Below, piece by piece: positions 29,840-42,599 of a stretch of 64,000 bases of DNA; position 1 is the first letter of the stretch; each line of letters opens with the position of its first letter. The notes under the pieces were generated by a model, which did no database searches, had not been told where the DNA came from, and worked only from the letters and a program-made list of their open reading frames with translations. This DNA is from the human T2T-CHM13v2.0 reference genome, Homo sapiens. Position numbers and translations under genes: made by a program. The DNA lies in the NCBI RefSeq assembly GCF_009914755.1, contig NC_060939.1; one strand, given 5' to 3'.

Positions 29840-30141
29840 AGCCAGGTGCAGGGGCTCACACCTGTAATCCCAGCACTTTGGGAGGCCGAGGCGGGTGGAT
29901 CACGAGGTCAGGAGTTCAAGATCAGCCTGGCCTAGATAGTAAAACCCAGTCTCTACTAAAAATACAAAAAAAAAATTAGCCGGGCATGGTGGTGGGCACC
30001 TGTAATCTCAGCTACTCAGGAGACTGAGGCAGAGAATTGCTTAAACTCAGGAGGCAGAGGATGCAGTGAGCCGAGATCGCCCCACTGCACTCCAGCCTGG
30101 GCGACAAAGCGAAACTCCATCTCAAAAAAAAAAAAAAAAAA
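29840..30141 (+). mobile_element. AluS (Sg-like), first of tandem pair
   Basis: GGATCACGAGGTCAGGAGTTC; A tail. Confidence 0.92.
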
Positions 30142-30438
30142 GGCCAGGTGTGGTGGCTTACACCTGTAATCCCAGCACTTTGAGAGGCCGAGGCAGGCAG
30201 ATCACGAGGTCAGGAGATTGAGACCATCCTGGCTAACACAGTGAAACCCCATCTCTACTAAAAAAATACAAAAAAATCAGCCCAGCGTGGTGGTGGGCAC
30301 CTGTAGTCCTAGCTACTCGGGAGGCTGAGGCAGGAACCCGGGAGGCGGAGCTTGCAGTGAGCGGAGATCCCGCCACTGCACTCCAGCCTTGATGACAGAG
30401 CAAGACTCCATCTCAAAAAAAAAAAAGAAAGAAAAAAA
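30142..30438 (+). mobile_element. AluY-like, second of tandem pair
   Basis: ACCATCCTGGCTAACAC and GAGCTTGCAG; the pair is bounded by TSD AGAAATGGCCTATCACA. Confidence 0.92.
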
Positions 30439-32724
30439 AGAAATGGCCTATCACACTCAGAAATCAAGATGGGTAACAATGGGAAGTCCCCAAATTCCCA
30501 GAGTCTAGAGCCAACTCACTATTATAAAGCCACAAAGCAGCTGCTGAAAAACATACCTTCCAAACCACAGAAGCATTTACTGAGACTTTACTACGTTCCC
30601 TGCATTGTATAAGTAAGAAGCTTTGTGTTCTTGGGAGATAATTATTTAGTAACTTAATTGGAACTTAATTAGCAAATAGTTCTTTCATATACATTTTAAC
30701 ATTTGATCCTTAGGAAAAAGAAGGGAAAGAGTAAGAATTATCATCCATCCTATTTTACAAAGAGGTTCACAATAAAAAAGATGCCCAGCCTAACAAACCA
30801 AGATAGTAGTGGAATGAAGTACTTGTCTTTTAACCCCTGGTCTGATTCTCTTTCTCTTCATTGCAGGACTTCCTCAGAAATCTGGAGGATGTCATTCTGA
30901 AGGCTTGTGCTCACCAATCATTAGATTACTTTATTCTTTTTTTTTTTTTTTTTTCACTTCTGTGTGGCTCTCTGTGACCATACAGATGGTTATTTACCAG
31001 ACTAAATGTGGTAAATTCTTATCTAGGTAAAAAGAAGACAGAAAAAAATAATTTATAATCTCTATCCTCTATTTCAATGAGGGTACTTTTATGCAGGAGA
31101 AATTAATATTTGTAACATGAAGGTCAACCCATTCCCCCTTTTACATAGTTGCCAATAGTTTAAATACACCATATGAGCAAATTATTTTACGTATTAGGAC
31201 CACTATTGACCTTTAAAGATCCTTCATAGTCAGTACTTCTACTCTACCTAGAGTGAATGACTAGTTTTTTTTTTTTAAAGTTCTAATGAGTTGCAAACAG
31301 ACATGTTTATAAAATAAAAATAAATTATGAGAAAAATAAAGACATACAAAATGTAAGCCTCAATTATTAGATTCACAAAGCTACTCCATCAAACGGCTCT
31401 AAAAATTTCTAAACTCTTATTTCAATTTCTGTACCTATTTTGTCACTGACAAGTAACATTCACAGGACATGCTTTCAGTAGCACTGCAAGTGATTAGAAC
31501 ACCTTTTTGTAGTGGATGAATAACTACATCAAGTGGGTTGGATTCTGATCTAACATCTGAGACTTTTGAAACAGAAAGCTTTCTCCAATAAATAAATATA
31601 TTCGGGCTAGTCTCCTACTATATTTATTATACTTACAAGCCTATAATACTTTTCTAATGCAAACAGGCTTTTCAATGAAGTTGTACATAATTTTAAACCA
31701 TCAGTCATTTCCCAAAAGAATCAAATACAATCTCTAATAGTAGAAAACTGACTTCCGAGAATTAATATTATTTTCCAAATCATGGAGGAACAGTAGTCAT
31801 TAGAGAATTCCAAAGGGGATGTGCCAGGAATAGAGACTCATCTGGTTGAAACGGGAGCATCGGAAAATGAACATATTGGTATCAAAAGTTTAAAGTTCCT
31901 ATGAGCTCCCAGATTAAGTGGGAGAAAATGAGACAATTTGCCAAATCCTTGGCAAAGTGAAAGTAGTCCCTGGGAAAAAGACTGAGTGAGCTTGTGCCAG
32001 GACTGAACAACTGATGTACTTCTTAGGCCAAAGTAATGAAGATTATAAACACCTTACTTTATGTTGAGATTAAAAAGAACTTAAGTCCCAAATGATTCTC
32101 TGAAAATAATGTGGCCTGGTCTCCAGAAATAAATTTATCACCTTCTTAGTAGATCATTGTCAAATGCAAAAAACCTGAAAGTGCTATGGATCAGAAAAGG
32201 AAGATTCCCAACAAATATTTATATTAATAAAGGGTATGGAAACACTTCATAATCATGTTTTAGAATTGCTGCAAATTTAATCTATTGCTAGAGATATGAA
32301 AAAACTATACCCCTGTGCCTTACATACAGTAGGTGCTCAACAAAAGTTCAGTAAGAGCTCAGCTCTTGAAGCTATATAAATAGGAAGGTCAAATGCTTTA
32401 TTCTTATGCTTTACAAAGTGAGAGGTTAAAGAAAGCTAGATCAAAAATATGATAAGCAGTGATTTAATATTAAAGGAAGAGAAAGACACTGATGCAGGTA
32501 AACAAACCAGACAGGCTGAAACCAGAACTCAAAGAAAGTCTAAAGAGAATGCTCTAAAGTAGAAAATGAAGTTTCTATAATAAGTCAAAAGGGAATAGGA
32601 AGATGCAGCTTGGTAGGAGTGAGGACTCGAAGGAAAAAAAACAACTCACTGAAAGCTAAAAATAGTGAAATTTAATCCATGTAGAAGTATTAGTTCTCCT
32701 TTCTCCCTAACTCATATAAAATGT

Positions 32725-33200
32725 GTTTTTTAAATTGAGGTATAACTTTCATACAGTATAGTGCACAAATCTTAAATGTACAGCTTGATACATTTTTACA
32801 TATGTACACATCCATGTAACACCATCCAGATCAAGACAGGGAACATTTCCAGTGCCTTCTCCTATTCAATAACTCCTTTCTACCCACTACAAACCAGTGA
32901 CCACTGTATCAGTAATTTATTCCTTTTTATTGTCAAATAGTACTCCACTATGTGAATATACTACAAATTTGTTTACTCATTCTCCTGCTGATGGACATTT
33001 GGGTTGTTTCCTGTTCTATCATGAAGAAAGTTGTTATGTATGAGCATTCTTGTACAGTATTTTGGTGAATATAAACACTCATTTCTCTTGGGTATATGCC
33101 TAGAAGAGACTGCTAGGTCACAAGGTAAGCATATGTAGATTAAGTCAGTTTTCTTAAGTAACTATCAATACACTCTACTAGCAATATTTGATAATTCTCA
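32725..33200 (-). mobile_element. L1ME-type 3' end
   Basis: TAAATTGAGGTATAAC...GATGGACATTTGGGTTGTTTCC. Confidence 0.7.
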
Positions 33201-33649
33201 TATAAAGTTTTTAAGTGTAAAAAAGTGCTTTAGTTAAAGCACAATAATTTTGAGGCTTTTCGTTTACATTGTTTTCTGACCTTTTAGAGTAGGGGGTAAC
33301 ATAAGCAGAGTGCTCACATCTCAGCGGAAGGTTTGGGTGGGGTATGGGAAGAAAACAGAATTTTGATTTCAGTTTCTTACTCTTTTAGCTAAAAAGTAAA
33401 TTTTACTAGTATTTTATATGCAAGTTGACACTATTAATAGTATTCTTATTCAGATGGTTATGTTTATTCACGTTGAGTATACTGTGATTTACTGCCATTT
33501 GGTGTGTGCCCGGTTGAGCAGGATTATGGAATATCTACTTCTAACTGAACTAGCTCTCACCAAATGAACAGGTGGCTAAAAAAAAGAAAGATTCCTACAC
33601 AAAAATAATATTAGTAATGTAGATGCAAGCAAACAACAAGGTAAATGTC

Positions 33650-34700
33650 TAAGCTGACACTTCTATTCTAGAAAATCTCTTCGGAAGTTAAGAACAATGA
33701 CCATCCATCTAGTCAAATCTCACAAGAAGCAGGCAGAAAATATTCCAAAAATTAAGACTTTAAAAAATATGAACTTAACCTATAAGTAATAATAAGTATT
33801 ATTACTGTTAACGATATTGTGCAATGAAAATTTTAAAACATATTGTTTTCATCATGTCATCCCTTTTAGTTTCTTTTTGTGTTTATTTTATGCTGTATAT
33901 AGTAGTAACAGAAAGCACATGTATATATAAAGAAAATTTAGATATATTAGTGATGTATGCTCAAATTATTTTACCAACAGGGTACACAAACAAAAGCGAT
34001 CAGAGACTCGTTTTAGCCTCAGTACTTTTTAACACTAAGCCAGCTAATCCATAACATAGATGAACTTCTAATTTTTAAAGCCACACAAAATTAGGCATAC
34101 TAGATGAGAAACAGCCAGCTGCTATTTAATGTTAGAATAATACATCTGAACAATGGGGGAGAAGGAAGGAGGAGGACAGGAATCTACCAGAAAGAGGCAT
34201 GAGAGTACTTTCGTAGGCACTGTTCTATACCTTGGTAGGTATTATGTCAATGTATTTATGTATTTATATTATATATATGTATCACATATACTTATATATA
34301 TCAGACATATATCATATAGAGAGCTATATTTATATTATACCAATGTATACATTTGTCAAACTCACCGAATGGTACAGTTAAGGTAAGTACATTCCATTCC
34401 ATGTAAATTTTACCTCAAAAGAGAAAAGGATCCATTCAAAGTATTAACCACTAGGTTAATGGCATGCATGTGTCTAGGAGTAAATTATGGCGATGTGTGC
34501 AACTTACCTTGAAATGCATTAAAATAAGAGGAACTATTATGTAGATAGAGGGAGGATATATGAACAGATGCATGAAAGAGCAAGTAGAATGAAATTTAAT
34601 TGTAGAATCTAGGTGTAGATAAATGGGTCTTCACAGTTCAATTTTTTAAACTTATCTATATATTCGAAATTTTTCAGGATAAAATATTGGAAAAATAAAT
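33650..34700 (+). mobile_element. Old L1MC/ME 3' fragments
   Basis: ACATTTGTCAAAACTCAC, TGTAAATTTTACCTCAAAA, TGTAGAATCTAGGTG. Confidence 0.55.
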
Positions 34701-37410
34701 CTGAGTTGAAAGTTGACAATAATTTAAAATAGTGTAGTGATACAAAGGAAAGTTAGAAATTCAAAAAGGAAAAAGGTAGGAACATACAAGTACCATCACT
34801 TGGTGCTTTTAGATACTCTGTATTTGTGAGGTGAGAATTATCTTTATTTTACAGACGAGTAAACAGAAACTTAGAAAGATTACAGAACATGCACAAGGTC
34901 ACAGTGTGAAGCCCAGCCAAGAGCTGAATCCAACCTGTAGGAATTCTGAATCCTCTTGACCTACATTCCTCACAAAGGGCTGCCTAGGACCAAACATCTT
35001 CCCTAGAGCAAGGAAGTTGCTTCTCCATTCCTGTATGAACCAGCTCTAATACAAAGTGCCTTCCTACAACATGTACTCTGAAATCTGTTTCTTCCTGGTT
35101 TCCCTCCTAAGTTTGAGTCCTTGGCGCCCCACAGTATCTAATGCCCACATGAATGGCCTTCGTATCAAGTGATAATATTTGAAACTTCAATAAGCAAGAC
35201 TTTTTTTCCCAGTTAGCATTTTGTAACATTATCATCTACACAGCTATACCTAGGTGTAAGATGGGAATAATGCCTCATAGAATTGGGATGAAAAAAATGA
35301 AAACATATGTGAAGTATACGCACTGTAAAAAAGGGGACTCAAATCTTTTTCTAACCTTTACCTTTGGAAACTGCAGCATGCCACTAACGAGAAAATAAAA
35401 CTTCTTTTTTTGAGTCTTAGGTTGTTTCTTGAGGAGCTCGTTAAATGTGAATAGATACAGATTTTTCTTTCTTGTACCTATTTTATCTAAAAACTTAATT
35501 TTGTTTCCTCATTTTATTTTCCATTTTGCCTTATTTGGAATTATCACTTCCAGGAATTTTATGTACAATTAGATATACAACTAGGACCACTTCCGTAGGA
35601 TTTTTCTGTTTCACAAATTACTACAGGTGGCCAACCTGTACAGGCAACATATTAATGAAATTTTAAGTCTATTTTCTTTTTGACTATCAGAAGATATTTT
35701 TCAAAGGGAAGATTTTAAAAAGCCATTATGGTACTAGGAAATGACCAACTAGTAACGGTAACCTTTAATTGGCTTTGACTGTGTTTATACACATATGGCC
35801 CTAAACCTATACATTTCTTACTTGGCAAACAGATTCGGGGATTTTCTGAAGTCACAAATATATTCAGGGACTCCTAAAGTCACAAATCTTGCCTCTCTAA
35901 GCAATACTGTATTACAGCATAAAAAATAACCAGTTATTCTACCTTAAAAACTTTGCCTTATCTTAAGGACAATCTACAGTTCAGATGCGAAGCTATTTTC
36001 AGTCTACTGGAACCTGAATAAGACTGTTTTTTCCTCTTGATATCTGAGGTTGTTAGTGTTGGAAAGGATCCTAGAGATGATTTTATAGTTGCAGCAATGG
36101 ATATGCAGACAGTTGAAATGATTAGTCCATAACAGAGCCTGAACCAGACACCAGGTCCCCCAATTCCTGGCCTAGTGTTCTTTCCATTTGACAATCATGC
36201 CAAACCAAATATTTAAAAAGTGATTATGTCCATCCATTACTTCAACTTCACTAAATTTCAGTCTAGCCACTCGTGATGTCACTTCCTTTTGTGAATGGGT
36301 GTATTTTTTTTTCTTGATCTTGCTATCTTCACTTGACTACAATACAACATTTTAGAGCTCACACTATATTTATGCCAATTTTCTCCATGACTGTTTCCGT
36401 TCCTAAAGAATACCAATATAATCTCTAGAATGCCTTGACCCTCCTTTTCACAAGATTTCTTATTTCAAGCAATCAACTGCCAACCATACAAAAATAAAAA
36501 TAAAAAGGATTTCTTCTAAAACACAAAGCACACATGGCAGTGTTGTGTGTCTTCCTCAAAGAGCTTAATAAAAATTGTGAATGCTATGTATTACATGCAG
36601 ACGCTTTCTAGAAAAAGAGCCCAACGACAACCTTGTTATGTAGGAAGAGAGAGCTATTGTGGACTGTAGCAGGAGGCCAAGAATAAGGTTTGAGATTCTA
36701 CCTAAAACAAATATGGAGGTGGAAAGGCACAAGAAGCTTGCTGGACCCACCAGTCAGAGGTAGGCTGCAAGCTCTCGGCTATCAGAGGTCGGTTTAAAAG
36801 AACGATGGGCACCAGAGAGGCACGTACCCCAGGACAATGATAGGGCAGGCGGGGCACCGGGAATCGCGCTCAGGGAAAACTCAAAAAGTCTAGAAGGCAA
36901 AGAGATGGATGAATGACTGCCAAGAGGCTCCCGCTGGCCTCTGGATGACCACTACCACTTTCCAGGATTTACTGCCCGCCGGCACTCGCCGGCTCGCGGA
37001 CAGCCGCTCACCCCGCTGCCGTACCTGCCCCGACGTTCGCCCGGGACCCAGGGTATCCACCAATGACCCTGCCCGGAGCCGAAGCCTCCGTCGCAGGCCC
37101 GCTGCCCGGCGGCGTGGCTTCCCGGTCGGCACCGGCTTTCCAGGAGGAAGGCAGCGTCGGGCCTGCGGGGGCCGGACCCGCCTTCGAAAGTGGGCGGAAG
37201 GATGGCCGCCCTGGCGGAGTGCGGGCGAGGCCGGGAGCCCTTGCCTCAGCCCCGGCCCGGTCTTCTTCGTGCCGCGCCGCCCTCAGCCCTCACCACAGCC
37301 GGCCGCGAGCTGCGGGCTCGGGGCTGAGGCGATGGGGAAAGGGGGCGGGCGCGCCATCATGAAGGGGAAAATGGTGGGCGGGCGGGCCCGCGCGCGGCCG
37401 CGGTACTCAC

Positions 37411-37494
37411 CCGGGCCGGCCAGTGCGGGTAGCCCTTCATCTTGGCGAAGACCAGGTCGCCCGCTTTGTACTCGCGGGGCCGCGGACGCGCCAT
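37411..37494 (-). CDS. HDGFL3: HDGF-like 3 (HRP-3) coding exon 1, 28 codons, N-terminal part of PWWP domain
   Basis: Minus strand translates [28 protein letters not shown] (HDGF-family PHWP motif, HDGFL3-type N-terminus). Kozak GGGATGG; phase-0 donor CGG|GTGAGT at 37410-37405. Below the ORF-track length cutoff. Confidence 0.96.
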
Positions 37495-37900
37495 CCCAGC
37501 CGCTCCCCTTCCTGGTAGTCCTTGGTCGCCGCGAAGATGCCGGGAGGCCGCCCCCCCGCGGGCCGACGAATTGCGCCGCGCTCCCCGCGGGCCTCAAGCC
37601 GGGCGGACGAGCGGCCGCTCCGACGAGGGGAAGCGGCGAGGCGGCGGCTGAGGCAAGGGGTGGGCGGGGGGCGCAGCAGGCCCGGCAAATCACGGCCCGG
37701 CAGCGGGGGAGGGGAGCCCCCGGCCGTTCGGCGCTCGCCCGCGTCCGGCCGCGCCAAGGTCCCCGCCGCCGCCGCCGCCGCCGCCGCCGCGCGCGCTGCT
37801 CACCAGCGCCGCGTCGCCTGCCTCATGCCGCCGCTGCCGGTCTCCCTCCCGGGCTCCCGGGCGCGGCGCGAGCGCCGGGCCTCGCGTCTGCTCCGAATTC
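37495..37900 (-). other. HDGFL3: Probable 5'UTR of HDGFL3 (TSS approximate)
   Basis: GC-rich sequence contiguous with the ATG; in-frame upstream stops at 37596 and 37692. TSS inferred from the AT-rich element at 37940-37928. Confidence 0.6.
37763..37789 (-). repeat. (CGG)9 trinucleotide repeat in probable 5'UTR
   Basis: Uninterrupted (CCG)9 on + strand. Confidence 0.95.
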
Positions 37901-38534
37901 CTTCTCGGGCAGCGACCGCAAACACGATCTTATTATTGTTCTCGCGCGCGCTCAGCATCCCCCCCCCGCCCCGCTTCCCGCTTCCCGCTCCCCTCCCCTT
38001 CCCTCCCGCGCGGGCCGGTTAATTCCTAGGTACACGGCCGGCTTTCGCGGAGAAACCGAGCGCGCCAGCCCGGCTTCTCGGCTGGCGGGCGGGCGGTGGG
38101 CGCGTCCTCCCCCAGCACCGAAGCCCGCGCCGGGCGGGCGGGAGTGCCTACTCCGGAGGACGCCCGCCGCCTGCTCTCTTTTGTTCTTGGCCCGGAGCTG
38201 CCTGCCGCAGCCCAGCCAATCACCACCCGGCCGCCCCCTTCCCCTCCCGTCCGTGCCACTCTGGGGGTTCTCCCCACTCGCGCCCCCCGCTCCCACGCCC
38301 ACCTCCCGCTGACTCGACCCTCTCCTGGCTACCCCCAGCCAGCCACTTCCGCGGCTGCTCTCTGGTGAGTGGGGGACAAAGGCGCTCCAGGCCTGGGGGA
38401 CGGCGGCGCGAGGGGACCCTCTGCTGGGCACCAAGCTGCCGGAAAGAGCACCGCTCCGGAGTCAGCGACCTTATTGGATTCTTGCCCCAGGTCTGCCCTT
38501 AACAATGCAGTGTGACCCACCTAGGGCGAGCTAT

Positions 38535-38615
38535 TTAATCGGAGTCATGGGAGGTTTTCTCATTTGCTGAGTGGCACAGACGGGATTCGAACCTGTATCC
38601 ACATGAGTCCAAAGT
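38535..38615 (-). mobile_element. MIR fragment
   Basis: GTGGCACAGACGGGATTCGAACC (tRNA-derived B-box region). Confidence 0.55.
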
Positions 38616-39659
38616 CCATAAGCGATTATGTTTCTCTCTGTGTGCGTTTTCTAGGCCTGCAGTGTTTGTGAAAAGGACTTGCACTGGCCGGTCACTTGTT
38701 TCCAATCCTGGCAACCTTTTGGACAACGTTTTTGAAATTAGCATCCCTTTCTGGAGATGTATGTACATATACAGTTCATTAGCTCTAGAACATGTTCATT
38801 TACCACTATTTTACTCTAAATTCCCTAGCTGGCTGCTTTCAAAGACATTTTGAGAGTAGGAATCTTCCTAACACTCTCTTTTGTGAGGAGTAAGTAGAAT
38901 AATTCAAGGAATCGTTTGGAGTCTGTCCAATGAACGAATGCTGCTTCTTTAATCATGCTGTAACCCACCTCCTTTAAGGGGTCAGCTGGCATAGCTCCTA
39001 AATGCTGCTTTCTGTGGCCCTCACCTTGTCACACGGACAGTTCTCATTTGTGTCTGTTCTCTCTCCCTTTTACAGAAGCTACAGTTTTCCCCACCATCCG
39101 CCCCCCTCTCTGGCCTTGTAGAATGGTGTGTGTGTGTTTTAACTCCTGCTCTTGTTCTGTGGTGCTGGGCTTCCTATGATGGGGCTTTAAAGTCTCTAGA
39201 TTTCCTGTGGATTGTTTACTTTGTTAGCAGTGCTTTTACATTACTTTACTAATGCATTTCCTTACTACTTGCATCTCATGATTTTTCTTTTTTTTTTTTT
39301 TTTTTTGGTATTGACCTGTACTCACCTGTCCTACAGGTTCGTTTTTTTCCTCTTTTCTCACTGTGGAAGATGAGTCTAGGTCCTCTTTGCCTCAGTTGTG
39401 ATGATCTGCTAACATCTCTCTCTCCTAGAACCTACCGTATGCAGCTGCCATGATGTCACGTATTGCTCATGAAGCTGTAGAATGATTTCTGTATCCTCAT
39501 ATGTCAAACTCACATCCCTCTGACTAGCTGTCAAAGCCCTAGCTGTTGCCTGCTTGCCCCTACAGTCCAGCCTCCCTGTGGGCACGGGGTGGATATAGGG
39601 AAGAGGAGAGAAATGAGAGGGGAAAGGTTGTCAGTTGGAAGCCAACCAGGGGAGGGCAG

Positions 39660-40450
39660 TAAACAATGGAGGGATGCGATCACAGTTCAGGTTTAGACAT
39701 TACTTTGGTGGCCAGCATGGGACTAGACTTGAGGGTGAGAGGCTTGGGGCAGGACCTGCATTGATATTCTCTCCCCAGGAGAGATAAGACAAGGGCTGAG
39801 ACAGAGCTTGCCGATTCTTTGGGTGGTAGGTGGGTAGGAAGGAGGAAGAGTAGAAACTGATTCCCTGGTTTCTGGTTGGAGCAACAGGATGATTAGTTTT
39901 GACACTCACCAAGGTGCAGAAATCCATGAAGAATGGGCAGGTTTAGAGATGAGATCTTGAGTGGTTTGGGATGTGTTGAGATTTCCATGGGCCATCCAGA
40001 GAGCTAGTTAGTGGGCAGCTAAATACACAGCTTAGAGAAAGTGGTCAAGACAGAATGTAGACTTTTGAGTGATATCAGTATATAAGTGGTCACTGAAACC
40101 ATAACGGAGGATGCCCAGGAAACTGTAGAATGAGAAAAGCAGTGCCCAAGTTTGGAGCCAGGTAACACCAACATCTAAGGGTCAGGTAGAAGAAGAACGT
40201 AGTGTCATAGGAGCCAAGGAGTAAAAGATTTTCCAGAAGGAAGGAAATGTCTGGGTAGATGCCACAAGGAGGTCAAGTGAGATATGGAAGGAGATAAGTC
40301 TGTTAAACCTGGTGATTGAGAAGTCACTGATGAAACAGTTGGGAACTGTTTCACTGAATGGTATTGGGAAGACACCAGAGTGGTGGATTGAGATGTGAGT
40401 AAGAGGTGAAAATGTGGAGGCAGTATAGACAACTCATTGCTCATTGCCAG
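39660..40450 (-). mobile_element. L2 fragment
   Basis: TTGGGATGTGTTGAG, GTCACTGAAACCAT, GAGGTCAAGTGAGAT. Confidence 0.65.
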
Positions 40451-40483
40451 CAGTGGAGAAGGAGTAGCAAGAAAGGATGAAGG

Positions 40484-40606
40484 AGCCAGGCATGGTGGAG
40501 TGCGCTTGTAGGATTTCTTGAGCCTGGGAGTTCGAAGCTGCTGTGAGCTGTGATCACACCACTGCACTCCAGCCTGGACAACAGAGACCTCATCTCTTAA
40601 AAAAAC
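40484..40606 (+). mobile_element. Alu monomer (FRAM/FLAM-like)
   Basis: Single Alu arm with A tail. Confidence 0.8.
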
Positions 40607-42599
40607 ATGAAGGGAGAGTTATTCTGTTGTGATTTCTGGCTGGTTTTTAAAGCTAGGAGAAATTTTAGTTTGTAATGAGGAGAAGTAGCCAGTAGAGTGC
40701 ATAACTGATGGAGTTTGGTAATTTTGAGAAGGTGGAAATTTCTCCCAATCTAGGCTTTGGTTTCAGGTTTGCTCAGCACACATCATTTGCCTGACTCTCA
40801 ATCTTTCATCTAACCAAGTCAGACTTAATAATACACCCACATGGGCTCCCTCTGGCTGGTCATCAGGAATCGCCTAATGCTCTTGGCTAAGAGCCCATCT
40901 GTCTCTGCAGCCAGGATGGATGCACACCACCTTGTCAACACATTGTGACTGGGGATGAAGCATTGCCCTGTGGCTTTCACTGCAGACAGAGCTTTCAGAC
41001 TGGTTCTTCCACTTTATGCAAAGGACTAAGCTGTGGCTATTCCAGAACAACGCTCTACTCAAATATTTAACAGATAATATGTAACTTTTTAGAGATATAA
41101 TTAGGACCATTAAAAGAGTCTGATGTATTTTATTTTAGTCAGTGTGGCCCCAGGAGCTGGTCTATTTGCTATATCAAAATAGCATACATTAATTTTACTT
41201 CTGAAACATAGAAGGAAATCCATTCACAAATGGTGATAATACCAACTTTCTTTGATCACTTTTTATTTCAGCATCCTCAAATCCCTGCGGGCTAGTACTT
41301 CTCCTTGCCTTTGGCTTCTTGATGTATTTTTGCCATCCTCTTCTCAATCATACACATATATGTATATTGTTGACATGATCCTGTTGTCACTTTCTCCTTT
41401 CATATCTTCACTTAGCTTTCTAGTAAAACTCTAACAGTTCCTTCAAATCTTGCCCCCAAATTCACCCATTCCATAATGCTTCAATTGCCTAAAATCTATT
41501 CCTTTGTCCAAGTTATATATGAGGTGATACATATAAGATACTTAGAACAGTGCCTGGCACATAGTAAATTCTCATTAAATGTTAGTCGATATTGTTATCT
41601 TTGTTGTTTACATGGTGTGGTGAAAAGAACTGTGGAAAGGGATTCAGGAAAATTTGGTGTTACACACACACACACACACACTCAGCATGTTAGAAGAGAG
41701 CTCCCTGGGCCTTGCATCAGAGTCCATTTCCATTACTTTTGCCACTAGAGGTATCTCTTAAATGTCTTTCACCCCAATCCCAGGGGACTGGTCTCACATT
41801 CCTTGAAAGAGAAAGGTCTGTAAGATATTGACACCCTCTTGAGAGTCAAATAAAAGAACTGTAACATACTACTTGTAGTGAGAGAGACAACTCCCATGTT
41901 GGTGTGAGCATCAGAGGCAGTTCTAAGTTGGTAAAAGGCACCATAGAGTCAACATGGGCCATGAGGGGAGAGGTCCAGGGTTAAATGTTGGGGTCAACCA
42001 GAATTGCCTGAGTAGGGATGGGTAACAGCAGCAACTGCACTTAGGTCACCAAGTAGAGATACAGATAGCACCTCAATCATAACCCCAGAAATGTTAATTG
42101 TCTTGGAAGGCACTGCTTGAGCTACCTGGGACCTTATTTGGGGATGGAAATAGGGATTGCTTTAGGTCCTAGGAATTCTCATGAGACTGTGCGCCTAAGG
42201 ACTATTTCAGTTTAGGTTGTTTTCATTCTTACCCCTTCACTGTTGTGTTGCAGGCTGAGGAGCAAACTGGGTAATTTTACTGAATTACTAGCTAATTGGA
42301 GAGAGGGGGTTCAAGATGTAGAAGATATTAAAGGCTTGAAGAGTTTTGCAAGTTTTCCTACCATTTATGCTAGTATTGTTTCAATAGTAGTGTATATGCT
42401 GCTGAAGGGAGCATTAGATTACAATTATATTATTAGTTAGCATTCATTCATTTATTGAATAAGTATTTGTTGAGTATGGTTATGTATCATCATTGTTCTA
42501 GATCTAGGACCCATGGGGAATAATGAAGGAATCAAAACTATGCCAAATGAAGTAGTGTTACAGGAGGCTAGGGTATCTATAGCTAACCGTCTGAAGGGC

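Larger units (their letters stand above)
36960..38470. promoter_or_regulatory. CpG island / HDGFL3 promoter
   Basis: Very high GC and CpG density. CCAAT box 38216-38220 (AGCCAATCA), inverted CCAAT 38473-38477, GC boxes, ETS-type CACTTCCG ~38344, tandem E2F-like CTTCCCGC ~37975-37988, TATA-like AACAATAATAAGA on minus at 37940-37928. Confidence 0.92.

Noticed and set aside
30841-31032. Strong + strand acceptor (AG 30865-66) with possible donor ~31027
   Set aside because: Weak donor and no supporting context.
31760-32290. Possible CR1/L3 remnant or conserved element
   Set aside because: Similarity too weak to call without a search.
37495-37806. N-terminally extended poly-Gly HDGFL3 isoform
   Set aside because: The Gly frame matches the CDS frame, but TGA stops at 37692 and 37596 block fusion.
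36909-38312. 467-aa + strand ORF across the CpG island
   Set aside because: Antisense to HDGFL3 exon 1, low-complexity R/P/A/G, no recognisable domain; stops are rare in GC-rich DNA and other frames are also open. Would need Ribo-seq or codon conservation.
38575-38600. tRNA-like GGGATTCGAACC
   Set aside because: MIR B-box remnant; no cloverleaf.
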